A stretch of DNA of 63,147 bases, the filler included, from Octopus bimaculoides (taxonomy: Eukaryota), in the NCBI RefSeq assembly GCF_001194135.2. It is 5 parts of 4 records of this genome, joined end to end, with 100 filler letters (N's around TTAATTAATTAA, not from the genome) between each part and the next. Parts side by side here need not be neighbours in the genome. Positions count along the whole stretch, not along the records: positions 59,393 to 63,147 come from NC_068994.1; 4 more parts are not named here. The stretch is one strand, 5' to 3'. This document shows, one piece after another, positions 62,993-63,147 of this stretch (the first letter of the stretch is position 1; every line of letters begins with the position of its first letter). Position numbers and translations under genes: made by a program. The notes beneath the pieces are model-generated. The model saw only the letters and a program-made list of their open reading frames with translations. It did no database searches and was not told where the DNA came from.

Positions 62993-63147
62993 CTCTTTTA
63001 CTTGTTTCAGTCATTTGACTGTGGCCATGCTGGAGCACCGCCTTTAGTCGAGAAAATCGACCACAGGACCTATTCTTTGTAAGCCTAGCACTTATTCTAT
63101 CGGTCTCTTTTGCCGAACCGCTAAGTTACGGGGACGTAAACACACCA
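62993..63147 (-). mobile_element. SINE family A 3' part (runs off window)
   Basis: Near-consensus cagtcatttgactgtggccatgctggagcaccgcc...aagttacggggacgtaaacacacca. Confidence 0.88.

Overview
AT-rich, microsatellite-dense, gapped eukaryotic DNA. The SINE families and repeat style point to an octopus (cephalopod) genome; this is inferred from recalled repeat families, not from a database search. Four 100-bp synthetic joins (44 N + TTAATTAATTAA + 44 N) split the window into five separately assembled blocks. Only one intact protein-coding gene is supportable: a single-coding-exon class A GPCR (39772-40944, minus). Everything else is transposon debris: three mariner remnants, a maT/rosa-type Tc1-mariner, Tigger/pogo, two Buster/Charlie hAT transposases with matching MITEs, piggyBac-type MITEs, a Helitron fragment, RTE and R4/Dong LINE fragments, a Penelope-like RT/GIY-YIG element, and several tRNA-derived SINE families. 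The most interesting object is a short repeat that joins a tRNA-like Pol III promoter to a minimal Penelope-type hammerhead ribozyme motif (58441-58711; further copies at 58323-58440 and 45977-46255). At 58.3-58.7 kb it is inserted with an inverted 5' segment and a 13-bp target duplication, suggesting a SINE-like RNA with a possibly self-cleaving motif that is mobilised by Penelope-like elements. Nearly all other ORFs in the supplied track are microsatellite or N-gap artefacts.
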